This document shows, in pieces, positions 52,583 to 62,549 of a DNA stretch of 64,000 bases. Source of the stretch: Deltaproteobacteria bacterium (GTDB taxonomy: Bacteria; Desulfobacterota; DSM-4660; Desulfatiglandales; B25-G16). The stretch is from contig CP070704.1 in assembly GCA_020349945.1 (NCBI GenBank), positions 2,093,681 to 2,157,680 of the forward strand, given 5' to 3'. How positions within the stretch are numbered: position 1 is the stretch's first letter; each line of letters begins with the position of its first letter. Below the pieces are notes generated by a model that was given only the letters and a program-made list of their open reading frames with translations, searched no databases and was not told the origin of the DNA. A program made the translations under genes and the position numbers.

Positions 52583-53716
52583 TCATCGCCCAGTCGTTTT
52601 TACTCGATACCTCTCTATGGTTTTCTCGTCCAAATCAACGCCGAGGCCCGGTCCCTCAGGCACATGAACATAGCCATCCCCATCAATCTCCATCTTTTGC
52701 TTGGCGACATCCCATCTTAACGGGGTCTCCTCCACACAGTATTCGAAAATGAATGCCGTCTTCCTTGAGGCAAGCCAGTGGAGGCCAGCCGCCAGGTTGA
52801 TACCCGTCGTATAGAAGTGATTGACTACCCGTAAGCCATGATCCTCTGCCATATCAGCAATTCTCGCAGCCTCTGTGAATCCATTCCTTGCAATGTCAAT
52901 CTGCGCTATATGAATACCACCCCTTTCAATCAAATCCCTCCATGCAAATCTCCCAGATTCTCCCTCACCAGCAGCAATAGGTATCCTGGATACGCTGGTT
53001 AGCTTCCTATAGCCTTCTAGGTTATCCTGATCAAGTGGTTCTTCGAGCCAGAGGATCTTGTAATCCTCAAACTGCTTCGCACGATGTATGGCGGTCATAG
53101 TATCCCAGCAACAGCCGGCATCGATTAGCACATCGTTCTCATCACCAACACCACGCCGAGCTCCCTCTACCAACTCCAGGTCCATTTTTTCGCTCTGCCC
53201 CATGGGTGCCCAGCCGAATTTTATAGCGGTGAAACCCTTGTTTACCCATTTCTTACCGATCTCGCAGGTCTCGTCACCATCTTTACCAAACAGGATACTT
53301 GCATAAGCTCGGATCTTCTTGTGGAAGACGCCGCCCAACAACTGGTAAATGGGCTGGTTGTAATATTTTCCAGCTATGTCCCAGAGGGCTATATCGATGC
53401 CGCCCATAGCCTGAACAACGAGCCCACGACGGCCATAATAGAAAGTAGATTGATATAGCTTCTCGTTTATTACCCTGATATCCAGTGGATTCATCCCTAT
53501 GAGCAGACGCCCGAGCCCAGAGGCAATGGAATGGCTGAAAGGTGCTTCAATGGCAGCCTTTGCAACACGAGGACATGAGTCTATCTCACCGATTCCCACA
53601 ATGCCTTCATCGGTGTGAATCTTGATGATCAGCGCGTCCTGTGCAGATGATGCCTTATCAAGAACCTCGGATTCTGCTAAACGGAGCTCAATCGCCTCTA
53701 CCTTCGTGATTTTCAT
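52583..53716 (-). CDS. Enolase-superfamily enzyme (mandelate racemase/muconate lactonising family)
   Basis: 377 aa with MKITKVEAIELRL N-terminus, LIDAGCCW and LWLEEPL metal-ligand contexts. GGAGG RBS. Confidence 0.9.
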   Translation of the reverse strand: MKITKVEAIELRLAESEVLDKASSAQDALIIKIHTDEGIVGIGEIDSCPRVAKAAIEAPFSHSIASGLGRLLIGMNPLDIRVINEKLYQSTFYYGRRGLVVQAMGGIDIALWDIAGKYYNQPIYQLLGGVFHKKIRAYASILFGKDGDETCEIGKKWVNKGFTAIKFGWAPMGQSEKMDLELVEGARRGVGDENDVLIDAGCCWDTMTAIHRAKQFEDYKILWLEEPLDQDNLEGYRKLTSVSRIPIAAGEGESGRFAWRDLIERGGIHIAQIDIARNGFTEAARIADMAEDHGLRVVNHFYTTGINLAAGLHWLASRKTAFIFEYCVEETPLRWDVAKQKMEIDGDGYVHVPEGPGLGVDLDEKTIERYRVKTTGR

Positions 53717-53770
53717 TTAGCCACCTCCTGACCCTTTAATTTGGCCATACGTGTCTTGGACATCCTTCTG

Positions 53771-54829
53771 CTATGTAAGGGAGAGAGGGTATTTACCAAA
53801 CTCCCGTATTGCCTTAACCATCTCCACATAGTTTTCGGCTTTAACCGCGTTATGGATAGAATTACTGGAAGCACAGATATATCCTCCGCCTTTTCCTGCC
53901 TTTCTTATGGCATCTTTCACCCCTTCGCGAACCTCCTCTGTAGTTCCCCAGCTCAGCAAGGCGCCGCAATCAACGCCTCCTATCAAGCAGACCTTGTCAC
54001 CGTACTTTTCTTTTGCCTCGCCAAGGTCCATACCCGCTGTGGGGTCTATGGGATGTATTGCGTCAATCCCGGTTTCCACGAGGAGATCAAAGATAGGCCA
54101 GATGTTTCCATCGGTATGTTTGAAACAGGGCACACCTCTGCTGTGGCAATATTCGACGATTTGTTTAAGGCCGGGTGTCAGAAACCTCTCAGTGAATCTT
54201 GGAGATACCATGGGGCCTTTGGTGATGGCATAGTCTCCGGTAACCCATATGATGTCAACACCAAGATCAAGGCAGTTCTTGACATACCTCATGTGGTAGC
54301 CACGCGCAATTGCATTCAGTTGGTCTACAAAATCAGGCCTTTTTATCATATCCATGTAGAGGTTAACTTCCCCACGGATAGAGTCCTTAACTGTGTTAAA
54401 AGGGTCCATCACAGTGGCAATAACTGCTCTCCTGCCCTTGTACATCTTCACTGCCTGCTCTATTTCTGTGTATCTGTACGGTAGATCAGGGTCAGGGGTG
54501 ACTAAGGCATTAAGGTCTTTTTCTGATTTAACAGCTGGCTCCCAGGGCACGGGATTGTGGGGAGTTGCTGGTGTGAACCGTCTCAGTGCCCCCCACTCAT
54601 CGCGGGCAATGTGCTTAGCCTTGTCGACCATTTCATATTTTTTGCCTTTCATATCAAAGTAGCAGATAGCATCCAGATCCATATAGTCGCAGAAATCGGC
54701 ATAGGATAAGCCGCGCTTTATGCCATTTATAACATCTGGCTCGATATCTATCTCAAGAGTGGGGATCCTATCAGGTTCCTGACGGTTAACTGCTTTCAGT
54801 ATTCTTTCAAGGCCCGTGAGCTTTTCCAT
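53771..54829 (-). CDS. Uroporphyrinogen-decarboxylase-family methyltransferase (MtaA/CmuA-like)
   Basis: MEKLTGLERILKAVNRQEPDRIP N-terminus is typical of the URO-D family. Start set at ATG 54829 (GGAGG 6 nt upstream), 13 nt after the corrinoid protein stop. The track start 54916 overlaps that gene. Confidence 0.85.
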   Translation of the reverse strand: MEKLTGLERILKAVNRQEPDRIPTLEIDIEPDVINGIKRGLSYADFCDYMDLDAICYFDMKGKKYEMVDKAKHIARDEWGALRRFTPATPHNPVPWEPAVKSEKDLNALVTPDPDLPYRYTEIEQAVKMYKGRRAVIATVMDPFNTVKDSIRGEVNLYMDMIKRPDFVDQLNAIARGYHMRYVKNCLDLGVDIIWVTGDYAITKGPMVSPRFTERFLTPGLKQIVEYCHSRGVPCFKHTDGNIWPIFDLLVETGIDAIHPIDPTAGMDLGEAKEKYGDKVCLIGGVDCGALLSWGTTEEVREGVKDAIRKAGKGGGYICASSNSIHNAVKAENYVEMVKAIREFGKYPLSLT

Positions 54830-54842
54830 TCTGCCCCTCCTT

Positions 54843-55481
54843 CTAAGATTTTCCCACGAGAGCTGCCGCCACTTTAACAGCCGCTGGTGCATCAGCAGCA
54901 TAACCATCAGCCCCAACCTTATCTGCCCAGTCTTGTGTTACCGGTGCACCGCCGACCATTATCTTAATCTTGTCTCTCAGCCCGGCAGCCTTTAAGGTAT
55001 CGATCGTCTCAGCTGCTCGTGCCATGGTCATGGTCAGCAGAGATGAAAGCCCAAGAACATTGAAGTCACCTTTTTCAACCGCAGAGCGGAATTCCTCTGG
55101 AGGTATATCGACACCCAGATCCGTAACCTCCCACCCATTTCCTTTCAACATCATCACAACAATGTTTTTCCCGATGTCGTGCACATCGTCCTTCACCGTT
55201 CCAATCAAAAATTTGCCAATACGAGGTGCATCTTCTTTGCCCAATATGGGATCTATGAGCTCCAATGCCCTCGTCATGGCATCACCCGCCATTACCAACT
55301 CAGGTAGAAAATATTCACCGGTTTCGAATAGCTCTCCCACCTTTTGGATACCGGGGACAAGGGCATTATCCAAGATTTCCTTGGCTGGAACATTCTCATC
55401 CAGTGCTACTTTCGTAAGCCCCAGAACTGTATCGCCATCTCCTTCTACTATAGCTTTTCTTATCTCATCAAGACTTGCCAT
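54843..55481 (-). CDS. Corrinoid (cobalamin)-binding protein
   Basis: B12-binding DxHxxG motif (KDDVHDIGKN) with the helical cap domain. Start set at ATG 55481 (MASLDEIRKAI...), because a promoter-like element lies inside the longer track ORF. Confidence 0.9.
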   Translation of the reverse strand: MASLDEIRKAIVEGDGDTVLGLTKVALDENVPAKEILDNALVPGIQKVGELFETGEYFLPELVMAGDAMTRALELIDPILGKEDAPRIGKFLIGTVKDDVHDIGKNIVVMMLKGNGWEVTDLGVDIPPEEFRSAVEKGDFNVLGLSSLLTMTMARAAETIDTLKAAGLRDKIKIMVGGAPVTQDWADKVGADGYAADAPAAVKVAAALVGKS

Positions 55482-55544
55482 AACTCCCCTTGCTTGAAGC
55501 GATTGTTCCTGTATTATCGATGAGGTCGGCTTTTTGGTGATTGC

Positions 55545-55573
55545 AATATAGGAGAAATGGACCTCTCTGTCAA
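55545..55573 (-). promoter_or_regulatory. Sigma-70-type promoter candidate for the corrinoid/methyltransferase operon
   Basis: Minus strand: TTGACA, a 17-nt spacer, then TATATT, about 65 nt upstream of ATG 55481. Confidence 0.5.
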
Positions 55574-56004
55574 GGATCAGGCCAGGGTAGAGCGTTCGTG
55601 CTTTACACATTCATTTTCCTGAATCCTGCAAGACTGACTAATCTTAAACAGACTGGGGGCATTTCCCCTTTACATTTACCGCACTAGACCCAGTTCTCTG
55701 CCTTAGGCACGATCTCCGTCCCTCACCTGGGAAAGAACCTTTGGGCAGAAATGCGCTTCATCACGCTTTCCAGGATCATGACCATCTCAATAGGCACACC
55801 CTCCGTGTCCTTGTCCTCATGATAAGAACTTCCCTTGTAGGCGGATTCGTTGTTAAAAATGGCAGGGAAATATGATACTATATGCTATATACGGATAGGA
55901 TAGGATTTGAAAACTACAAGAGGAAAGCATGGCCCAAGCGCTGATCAAGAGGTATGATGAACTCCATAGCCACAAGAATCTTTAGATAACCTGAAGGATG
56001 CCTG

Positions 56005-59000
56005 ATGTCATCGAGAAGAGATAACCTGACCATACTAAAGAGAGCGGTAAGAGATAAGATAAGGCTCATACAGGTAACTGGAATTACCGGTTCTCCCGTG
56101 GCCTACCTATTATCTCAAATCCTTGGCGAGATAGAGCATCCCTGTTTGATAATGCTCCCGAACTCCGATGAGGCAGGGAAATTTTGCACAGACCTAAATT
56201 TTTTTCTCCCTCATCACAATAATAAAAGAGTATTCCTTTTCCCTTCATATGACATCTCTCCACTGACAGGACTGAGCCCGCCAAAAGAGTTGGTAACCCA
56301 GAGGATAGAGGTGCTTTACGCTCTTTCAACCTCGAATGATCCAGTTGTTGTTACCTCATTAGATGCCCTCATTATGCGTCTCTTGCCGAAAGAGATGCTC
56401 CTTAACTCGGTCGACTACATTGCTGTTAATGAGGAGATTGACAGGGATGACATGATAAAAAAATTACTGACTCTTGGTTATTTCCGGACCTCATTGGTAG
56501 AGGAAAGAGGCGATTTTGCCGTACGAGGTGGCGTTATTGATCTGTACCCGCCTTTATATGATTCGGCTATTCGGGTTGAATTCTGGGGGGACGTGGTGGA
56601 GTCCATAAGACTTTTTGATCCAGTCAATCAGAGATCACAGGCTGATGTAAATGAGCTAACTATTCTTCCTGCCAATGAAATCATTCTGAGCCCCTCCAAC
56701 ATTAAAAGGGCCCGGTCAATGGGGAGACTTCCAACAGGTTTGAAAATAGGAGGGAGTTTTCCGGGACAGGAGGCATGGCTACAACATTTTTATCCACATC
56801 TCGATAGCATCTTTGGTTATCTTCCCGAAGAAGGCCGTATATGCATTGCTAGATCAGACGATTTTGCAGATAGAGCCAGATCTGTCATGGAGAAGCTTAC
56901 TGAGGAGGCAGGAAGATTTCAGGATGAGGCCTCGGAGAAGGGCAAACCTTTTCCTCAAACTGACGGGCTTTTTCTCGGCATGAAGGAATTAGAAGAGGCC
57001 CTCGATAGATATCCAACGATTGATTTTTTCGATCTTAACGTCAGCAACGGCGTCAGAAAGGCAGAACCTGTAGTAGATTTAAGGGAGTCATTGGGGCCAG
57101 GTATGGAATATGACTCCAGGGAGATCAGTTATTCAAAGGTCTCACTTGCGCCTTTGGCTGCTAAGGTTAAGAAATGGATTGAGGAGGGAAATCAGATTAT
57201 CCTCATCTGCAGGACAGAACAGCAGGCAAGCCGGCTAAAAGAAATCTTGCTCAATTATCAACTTATGGCCCAAGGCATAGCGGCTGATTGGTCACAGATA
57301 AGAGGAAAAAAAGGGCTATACATCTGTTTAGGATACCTTTCTCAAGGATTTAGATTTCTAGATTCAGGCCTGATCATCATTACAGAAGATCAGATTTTCG
57401 GAGAAAAGAAGGGCAGAGAAGGAAGAACCAAAAGGGATAGGGTGCAAGCAATACCATGGACAGGGTTCAGTCAATTGCAGGAAGGTGATTTAGTCGTCCA
57501 TCAGGATCACGGTATTGGCCGCTATGGCGGACTTTCAAAGATGGAGATTGGTGGAAGGGTAAGAGATTTTGTGATTATTGAGTATGCTAACAATGATCGC
57601 CTTTACATCCCGGCAGATAGGATAAACATTATTCAGAAATATATTGGTTTAGATGATAAGAGTCCCCAGCTAGACAGGCTTGGCGGCAGATCCTGGATGC
57701 TCACGAAAAAGAGGGCAAAGAGGTCAATAGAGGAGATAGCCAAAGACCTTGTTAAACTCTATGCGATGAGAAAGCTCCTCAAGGGTTTTGCCTTTTCAAG
57801 AGTGGATAATTATTACAGGGAGTTTGAGGCAACCTTTGATTATGAGGAGACTCCAGACCAGATTAGGGCTATTGATGACGTACTAACGGACATGGAGTCA
57901 GAGAGGCCAATGGACCGGCTTATCTGCGGTGATGTAGGCTTTGGTAAGACAGAAGTAGCTATAAGGGCTTCTTTTAAGGCTGTTATGGACGGCAAACAGG
58001 TAGCTATGCTTGTCCCAACAACTGTTTTAGCTGAGCAGCATTACCAGACATTCCTGAGACGCTTTAATTCTTACCCTGTCAGGATTGCTGTGCTGAGTCG
58101 CTTTATTCCAAACTCCATGCAAAAAAGGATAGTAGGTGATCTGCGTTTTGGTAAGATTGATATTATCATTGGAACCCATAGAATCTTGTCTGATGACGTT
58201 ATATTTAAAGATCTGGGACTCCTGATAATTGATGAGGAACAGCGCTTTGGCGTCAGGGACAAGGAGAGATTAAAAAAATATCGGCATTTCGTTGATGTCC
58301 TTGCCATGACAGCTACACCAATTCCGAGGACCCTGCATATGTCCTTGATGGGGGTCAGGGATCTAAGTATCATTCAAACCCCACCTGCTGACAGGCTCTC
58401 TATTCAGACATATGTTGCCAGATTTGACGGAGATGCTATATCACACGCTATTGAAAGGGAATTAGATAGAGGTGGGCAGATCTTTTTTGTTCACAATCGG
58501 GTTCAGACCATTGAGATAATGGCGGATAGGTTGAGAAGACTTGTTCCCAGGGCCAGGATCGACATTGCCCATGGCCAGATGAGGGAGAGGGATCTTGAAC
58601 GGGCGATGATTAGGTTCTTGGCCAAGGAGACAGATGTCCTTGCATGTACCACTATAATAGACTCAGGGCTGGATATACCTTCCGCCAATACTATAATCAT
58701 TAATAAGGTTGATCACTTTGGCCTAGCTGAGATCTATCAGCTGAGGGGCAGAGTTGGCAGGTCCGATGTGAAGGCCTACGCCTATCTCCTGATTTCAGAT
58801 GGATCTACCATGACGGATGATGCCCAGAAGAGATTAAGAGTTTTGATGGATTTTTCTCAATTAGGCTCAGGAGTGAACATTGCCTTGAGTGATTTGAGGA
58901 TAAGAGGAGGTGGAAACATACTTGGTTTCTCTCAATCAGGCCATATAAAGGCTATTGGTTATGAGCTCTACCTAAGATTGATTGAGCAGACAATGGCAGA

Positions 59001-59481
59001 GCTAAAGGGAGAGGTGTGGACAGAAGAGATATCCCCTGAGATAAATACTGATTTACCAGTTTTTATTCCCCACAGCTACATTGAGGAGAGTGACGTCAGG
59101 CTTGATATATACAGACGTTTATCTACCATTAAGGGGGAGTCAGAATTAAAAGAGATGGTAAAGGAAATTGAAGATAGGTTTGGCCCTCTTCCAAAAGAGG
59201 TCCTAAACCTTATCGCAGTTATCAAGATTAAGATAGGCCTCAGGAGAATTGGCTCAACGGGGTTAGACGTTAAAGATGGCTATATGATATTCTCCTTCAC
59301 TAAGGATACCCATCTATCGCCACCCAGATTGGTTGATCTAGTGACCGATCATCCAGAAAATTTCTGTTTCTTATCCGATCAAAGACTCAAGGTTATTGGC
59401 AGAAAAAAGGATCCCTTTGCTACCCTTAAAGATGCTGGGGAGATGATAGCCCAATTTGAGCAGTATGCAATAAAGGAGTGA
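56005..59481 (+). CDS. mfd: Transcription-repair coupling factor
   Basis: 1158 aa with a UvrB-homology N-terminus, CarD-like domain (VVHQDHGIGRY), helicase motifs GDVGFGKTEVA and DEEQRFG, and a TRCF C-terminal domain. Confidence 0.97.
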   Translation: MSSRRDNLTILKRAVRDKIRLIQVTGITGSPVAYLLSQILGEIEHPCLIMLPNSDEAGKFCTDLNFFLPHHNNKRVFLFPSYDISPLTGLSPPKELVTQRIEVLYALSTSNDPVVVTSLDALIMRLLPKEMLLNSVDYIAVNEEIDRDDMIKKLLTLGYFRTSLVEERGDFAVRGGVIDLYPPLYDSAIRVEFWGDVVESIRLFDPVNQRSQADVNELTILPANEIILSPSNIKRARSMGRLPTGLKIGGSFPGQEAWLQHFYPHLDSIFGYLPEEGRICIARSDDFADRARSVMEKLTEEAGRFQDEASEKGKPFPQTDGLFLGMKELEEALDRYPTIDFFDLNVSNGVRKAEPVVDLRESLGPGMEYDSREISYSKVSLAPLAAKVKKWIEEGNQIILICRTEQQASRLKEILLNYQLMAQGIAADWSQIRGKKGLYICLGYLSQGFRFLDSGLIIITEDQIFGEKKGREGRTKRDRVQAIPWTGFSQLQEGDLVVHQDHGIGRYGGLSKMEIGGRVRDFVIIEYANNDRLYIPADRINIIQKYIGLDDKSPQLDRLGGRSWMLTKKRAKRSIEEIAKDLVKLYAMRKLLKGFAFSRVDNYYREFEATFDYEETPDQIRAIDDVLTDMESERPMDRLICGDVGFGKTEVAIRASFKAVMDGKQVAMLVPTTVLAEQHYQTFLRRFNSYPVRIAVLSRFIPNSMQKRIVGDLRFGKIDIIIGTHRILSDDVIFKDLGLLIIDEEQRFGVRDKERLKKYRHFVDVLAMTATPIPRTLHMSLMGVRDLSIIQTPPADRLSIQTYVARFDGDAISHAIERELDRGGQIFFVHNRVQTIEIMADRLRRLVPRARIDIAHGQMRERDLERAMIRFLAKETDVLACTTIIDSGLDIPSANTIIINKVDHFGLAEIYQLRGRVGRSDVKAYAYLLISDGSTMTDDAQKRLRVLMDFSQLGSGVNIALSDLRIRGGGNILGFSQSGHIKAIGYELYLRLIEQTMAELKGEVWTEEISPEINTDLPVFIPHSYIEESDVRLDIYRRLSTIKGESELKEMVKEIEDRFGPLPKEVLNLIAVIKIKIGLRRIGSTGLDVKDGYMIFSFTKDTHLSPPRLVDLVTDHPENFCFLSDQRLKVIGRKKDPFATLKDAGEMIAQFEQYAIKE

Positions 59482-59598
59482 TAATGAAACAGGGGGTAAC
59501 GACAGTAAAGTTGCCCCTGCAATTCCCGTAATAATATTGTAATTTAAAGAAGTTAGACCATTTTTTAAATAACTTTTGAAAGGATACATACCATTACG

Positions 59599-60549
59599 AT
59601 GAGATATTATATTTTTTCATTTCTTTATCTGATTTTTCTTTTCACGTGGCCAGCATGTTCCTCTAAGATGGGATCAAGTGAAGCTATTGTTATCACAGTA
59701 GGAGATCGATCAGTCACAGTAGGAGATATACAGCGAATCGTAAAGATTACCTCGCTGGAGAATGGAATTCCTAAGAAGGTAATATGGTCATCTATCGATA
59801 GTCTTGTAGGTAAGATTGTAGATGACTCTCTTATATGTGAATATGGGAAAGATAAGGGGATTACCTTGAGTGAGATTGAATTGGAAAGGGCTATACAAGA
59901 TATTGTCAAGGATTATCCAGAAAGTAGCTTTGAGGAAACACTTCTCAACAGTTGTATAGACTACGATGAATGGAAGGAGAGATTAAGGGAACAACTTTTA
60001 ATTAAAAAGATCGTTAGGGAGCAGACTAAGTCCCTGGGCCCTGTTTCCTATGATGCTATTAAGTCCTACTATCAGGAGAGGGAGGAGGATTTCTGGCATC
60101 CTCCAAGGGCGAGATTTATCCAGACCGTTCATAAAACGAAACGAGACGCTGAGGCTGTGCTGGCTCGTCTTAGTGAGGGAGAAGACATGGCCGAGTTAGT
60201 AAGAGAGCAATCTGTTTACCCTGAACCCCAGGGAGATTTTGATAGGGGCTGGGCCACCAAGGATATGCTCCCTCCCTCGTTGTCTGATATGGTATTTTCG
60301 ATCCCGGTTGGCGAAGTAAGCAATATTATTGAAACACCATATGGCTTTCATATTATAAAAGTGCTAAAAAGAGAGCCAAGAGGGAGAAAAGAGCTTTTGG
60401 AGGTAATGGGTCAAATAGAAAAGAGGCTCCTTAGTGAAGCAATGGAAAGACATTATACAGTATGGCTTGAACAATTGAAGAATACGTATCCTGTTACCGT
60501 TAACCACACTTTGTTGGATAAAGTGAGGACTAATAATAAAGACAGTTAG
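59599..60549 (+). CDS. Parvulin-type peptidyl-prolyl isomerase lipoprotein (PrsA/SurA-like)
   Basis: Signal peptide with lipobox-like FTWPAC, plus a PpiC-type domain (PYGFHIIKV). Confidence 0.85.
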   Translation: MRYYIFSFLYLIFLFTWPACSSKMGSSEAIVITVGDRSVTVGDIQRIVKITSLENGIPKKVIWSSIDSLVGKIVDDSLICEYGKDKGITLSEIELERAIQDIVKDYPESSFEETLLNSCIDYDEWKERLREQLLIKKIVREQTKSLGPVSYDAIKSYYQEREEDFWHPPRARFIQTVHKTKRDAEAVLARLSEGEDMAELVREQSVYPEPQGDFDRGWATKDMLPPSLSDMVFSIPVGEVSNIIETPYGFHIIKVLKREPRGRKELLEVMGQIEKRLLSEAMERHYTVWLEQLKNTYPVTVNHTLLDKVRTNNKDS

Positions 60550-60568
60550 AAGTCGGATATGTGTTAAT

Positions 60569-61549
60569 ATGGTAGGTAATAGGCTTACATTAATGCTCCC
60601 TTTTATGCTATTTTGCATGTTTCTTATTGTGAGTCCTGATCATCCCCGGGCCAAGATAGCCAACAGAATTGTAGCTATTGTCAATAGCGATATAATTACC
60701 CTACATGAGCTCAATACCTCAATTAAAAGGTTAACCGGGTTGAGTGCCAAGGAGCTACGACTGAGAGGTGAGACTAGTTTCTATGAAGTACGCAGGGCTG
60801 TTTTGGATAGCCTGATCAACGAGAAGATAACAAAACAACAGATAATCAAGTCAGGAATAAAGGTAGCAAAAAAGGATGTAGATGAGGCAATAGAGAAGGT
60901 AAAAAGGGAAAATAAGCTGACACAGGAGGAGTTACTATATAGCCTGAAGCAGGAAGGTATCACCCTAACGGAGTATAGAGAGAAGATGGAAAGAGAGATT
61001 CAACGTTTTCAGTTGGTAAATCATGAGGTGAAATCAAGGATAGTAATAACAGAAGAAGAGATGAGAAACTACTATCAGGAACATGCTAGAGAATACACAG
61101 AGACCCATGAGGTTAGGCTTGCCAGGATTTTCTTAAAGGTCAGAAACCCAGGTGATAGAGAAGAGACTGCTCAAGCAAGAAACTTGGGAATAGAGATATT
61201 GGGGTGGCTCAAAGAGGGTCGTGATTTTTCCAAGATGGCCAGGAAATATTCTCAGGGGCCTGCTGCTTCAGAGGGAGGCGATCTGGGGTGGGTGAAAGTC
61301 AGTGAACTTGCGCCCAGGTTACGAGAAAAGGTAGCTGAACTCTCTGCCGGAGAACATACTGATTTAGATCTTGCTCCATCTGGATTCCAGATAATTAAGC
61401 TCATAGAAGAGAAAAGAGGGGAGATAAAGCCTTTTGAAAAGGTCAGGGATGTAATCTACTCCAGATTATTTGGGGAGAAGGTTGAGAAACGATACGCTAC
61501 GTGGCTAAAAAGGCTCAGGGATGAATCTTTTATCAAGGTTATATTCTAG
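60569..61549 (+). CDS. SurA-like periplasmic chaperone / PPIase
   Basis: Signal peptide, SurA N-terminal-like domain (IVAIVNSDIITLHELN) and a parvulin domain (GGDLGWV...GFQIIKL). Confidence 0.85.
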   Translation: MVGNRLTLMLPFMLFCMFLIVSPDHPRAKIANRIVAIVNSDIITLHELNTSIKRLTGLSAKELRLRGETSFYEVRRAVLDSLINEKITKQQIIKSGIKVAKKDVDEAIEKVKRENKLTQEELLYSLKQEGITLTEYREKMEREIQRFQLVNHEVKSRIVITEEEMRNYYQEHAREYTETHEVRLARIFLKVRNPGDREETAQARNLGIEILGWLKEGRDFSKMARKYSQGPAASEGGDLGWVKVSELAPRLREKVAELSAGEHTDLDLAPSGFQIIKLIEEKRGEIKPFEKVRDVIYSRLFGEKVEKRYATWLKRLRDESFIKVIF

Positions 61550-61658
61550 TGTTTGCACAGCACGCTCAACTTGTTCAATCCACCACAGGCGAACCATAAA
61601 GGCGGCTTGATACAAGTTGATTTGAATTTTAAGATCCTTCTCTACAAAGAGGGTTAAC

Positions 61659-62549
61659 GTGGATAGGCCCTATAATAATAAAAAGACCGATGACATCCCG
61701 GAAGATATTGGCCTGGGTTGTCTTTTAAGAAGGTCCAGGGAAGAGCGCCATATCGACTTGGATGAGGCCGTCAGGGCGACGCGGATAAGGCGGCAAAATC
61801 TCGAGGCATTGGAAAATGAGGAATGGAGTAAACTGCCTTCCGAGGCTTTTGTTAAGGGCTTCCTCAGATCCTACGCTGGATTTTTGGGACTGGATAAAGA
61901 GCTGGTGCTGAATTATTATCAGAAGATCTCCCCTTTTCAAAAATATAGACCGCACGTGTTGAAGGAAATAAGTGTACAGTCCAGAAATTGGCGCCTGATC
62001 ATCATTATTCCTGTTTTGGCACTAGGGCTTATTGGCTCTGTTATTTATCTAAAGGGGAAGAATATTTCAATTGTTGGGAAGATCTTTCAGTATCTGGAGA
62101 CGCAGAGCGTTGTAGAAAAAAGGGAAGATGTCGCAGAAAAGGAAGGTAATAAATCGCAAGACATTGGCATGCAGGAAGGCGTTTTTTCAGAGGATCAAGA
62201 GGTGAGGGAGGAGGAAACTGCGTTAATATGGGAACCAGGTGAGGATATCAAGGTCCTTGAGGAGCCAGCTACTCCAAGAGAGGCGATAGATGAGAAATCT
62301 CTGTCGCCAAGATTTGTCCTTACGGCAAATGTCAGTAGCCGGACCTGGATTGCCATATATATCGATGATGAACCGGTTAAGGAGTACCTTTTCCAGCCAG
62401 GGGACACAATTAAGTGGACGGCAAATAAGGGCTTTGACATTCTGGTCGGTAATGCGGATGGAATTGAATTTCTCCTGAATGGAAAGGAGGTTGGCCATCT
62501 GGGGCCCGAAGGAAAGGTGGTAAGATTGAAGCTTCCAGAAGGGATATGA
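61659..62549 (+). CDS. RodZ-like helix-turn-helix membrane protein (C-terminal DUF4115-like)
   Basis: N-terminal HTH (LRRSREERHIDLDEAVRATRIRRQNLEALE), a single TM segment, and a C-terminal beta-rich domain (WIAIYIDDEPV...GNADGIEFLLNGKEV). GTG start. Confidence 0.8.
   Translation: MDRPYNNKKTDDIPEDIGLGCLLRRSREERHIDLDEAVRATRIRRQNLEALENEEWSKLPSEAFVKGFLRSYAGFLGLDKELVLNYYQKISPFQKYRPHVLKEISVQSRNWRLIIIIPVLALGLIGSVIYLKGKNISIVGKIFQYLETQSVVEKREDVAEKEGNKSQDIGMQEGVFSEDQEVREEETALIWEPGEDIKVLEEPATPREAIDEKSLSPRFVLTANVSSRTWIAIYIDDEPVKEYLFQPGDTIKWTANKGFDILVGNADGIEFLLNGKEVGHLGPEGKVVRLKLPEGI

Noticed and set aside
53741-54484. 247-aa plus-strand ORF, one of many long antisense ORFs in the track (others include 11460-12203, 10354-10944, 28410-28973, 54970-55497 and 6451-7081).
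   Set aside because: Each lies entirely antisense to a gene with clear family motifs and has low-complexity or Ser/Pro/Arg-rich translations. These are treated as shadow ORFs.
55482-55740. Cobalamin riboswitch upstream of the corrinoid-protein operon.
   Set aside because: No B12-box (GCCACTG-like) or surrounding conserved core on the minus strand. Only a sigma-70-like promoter was found.
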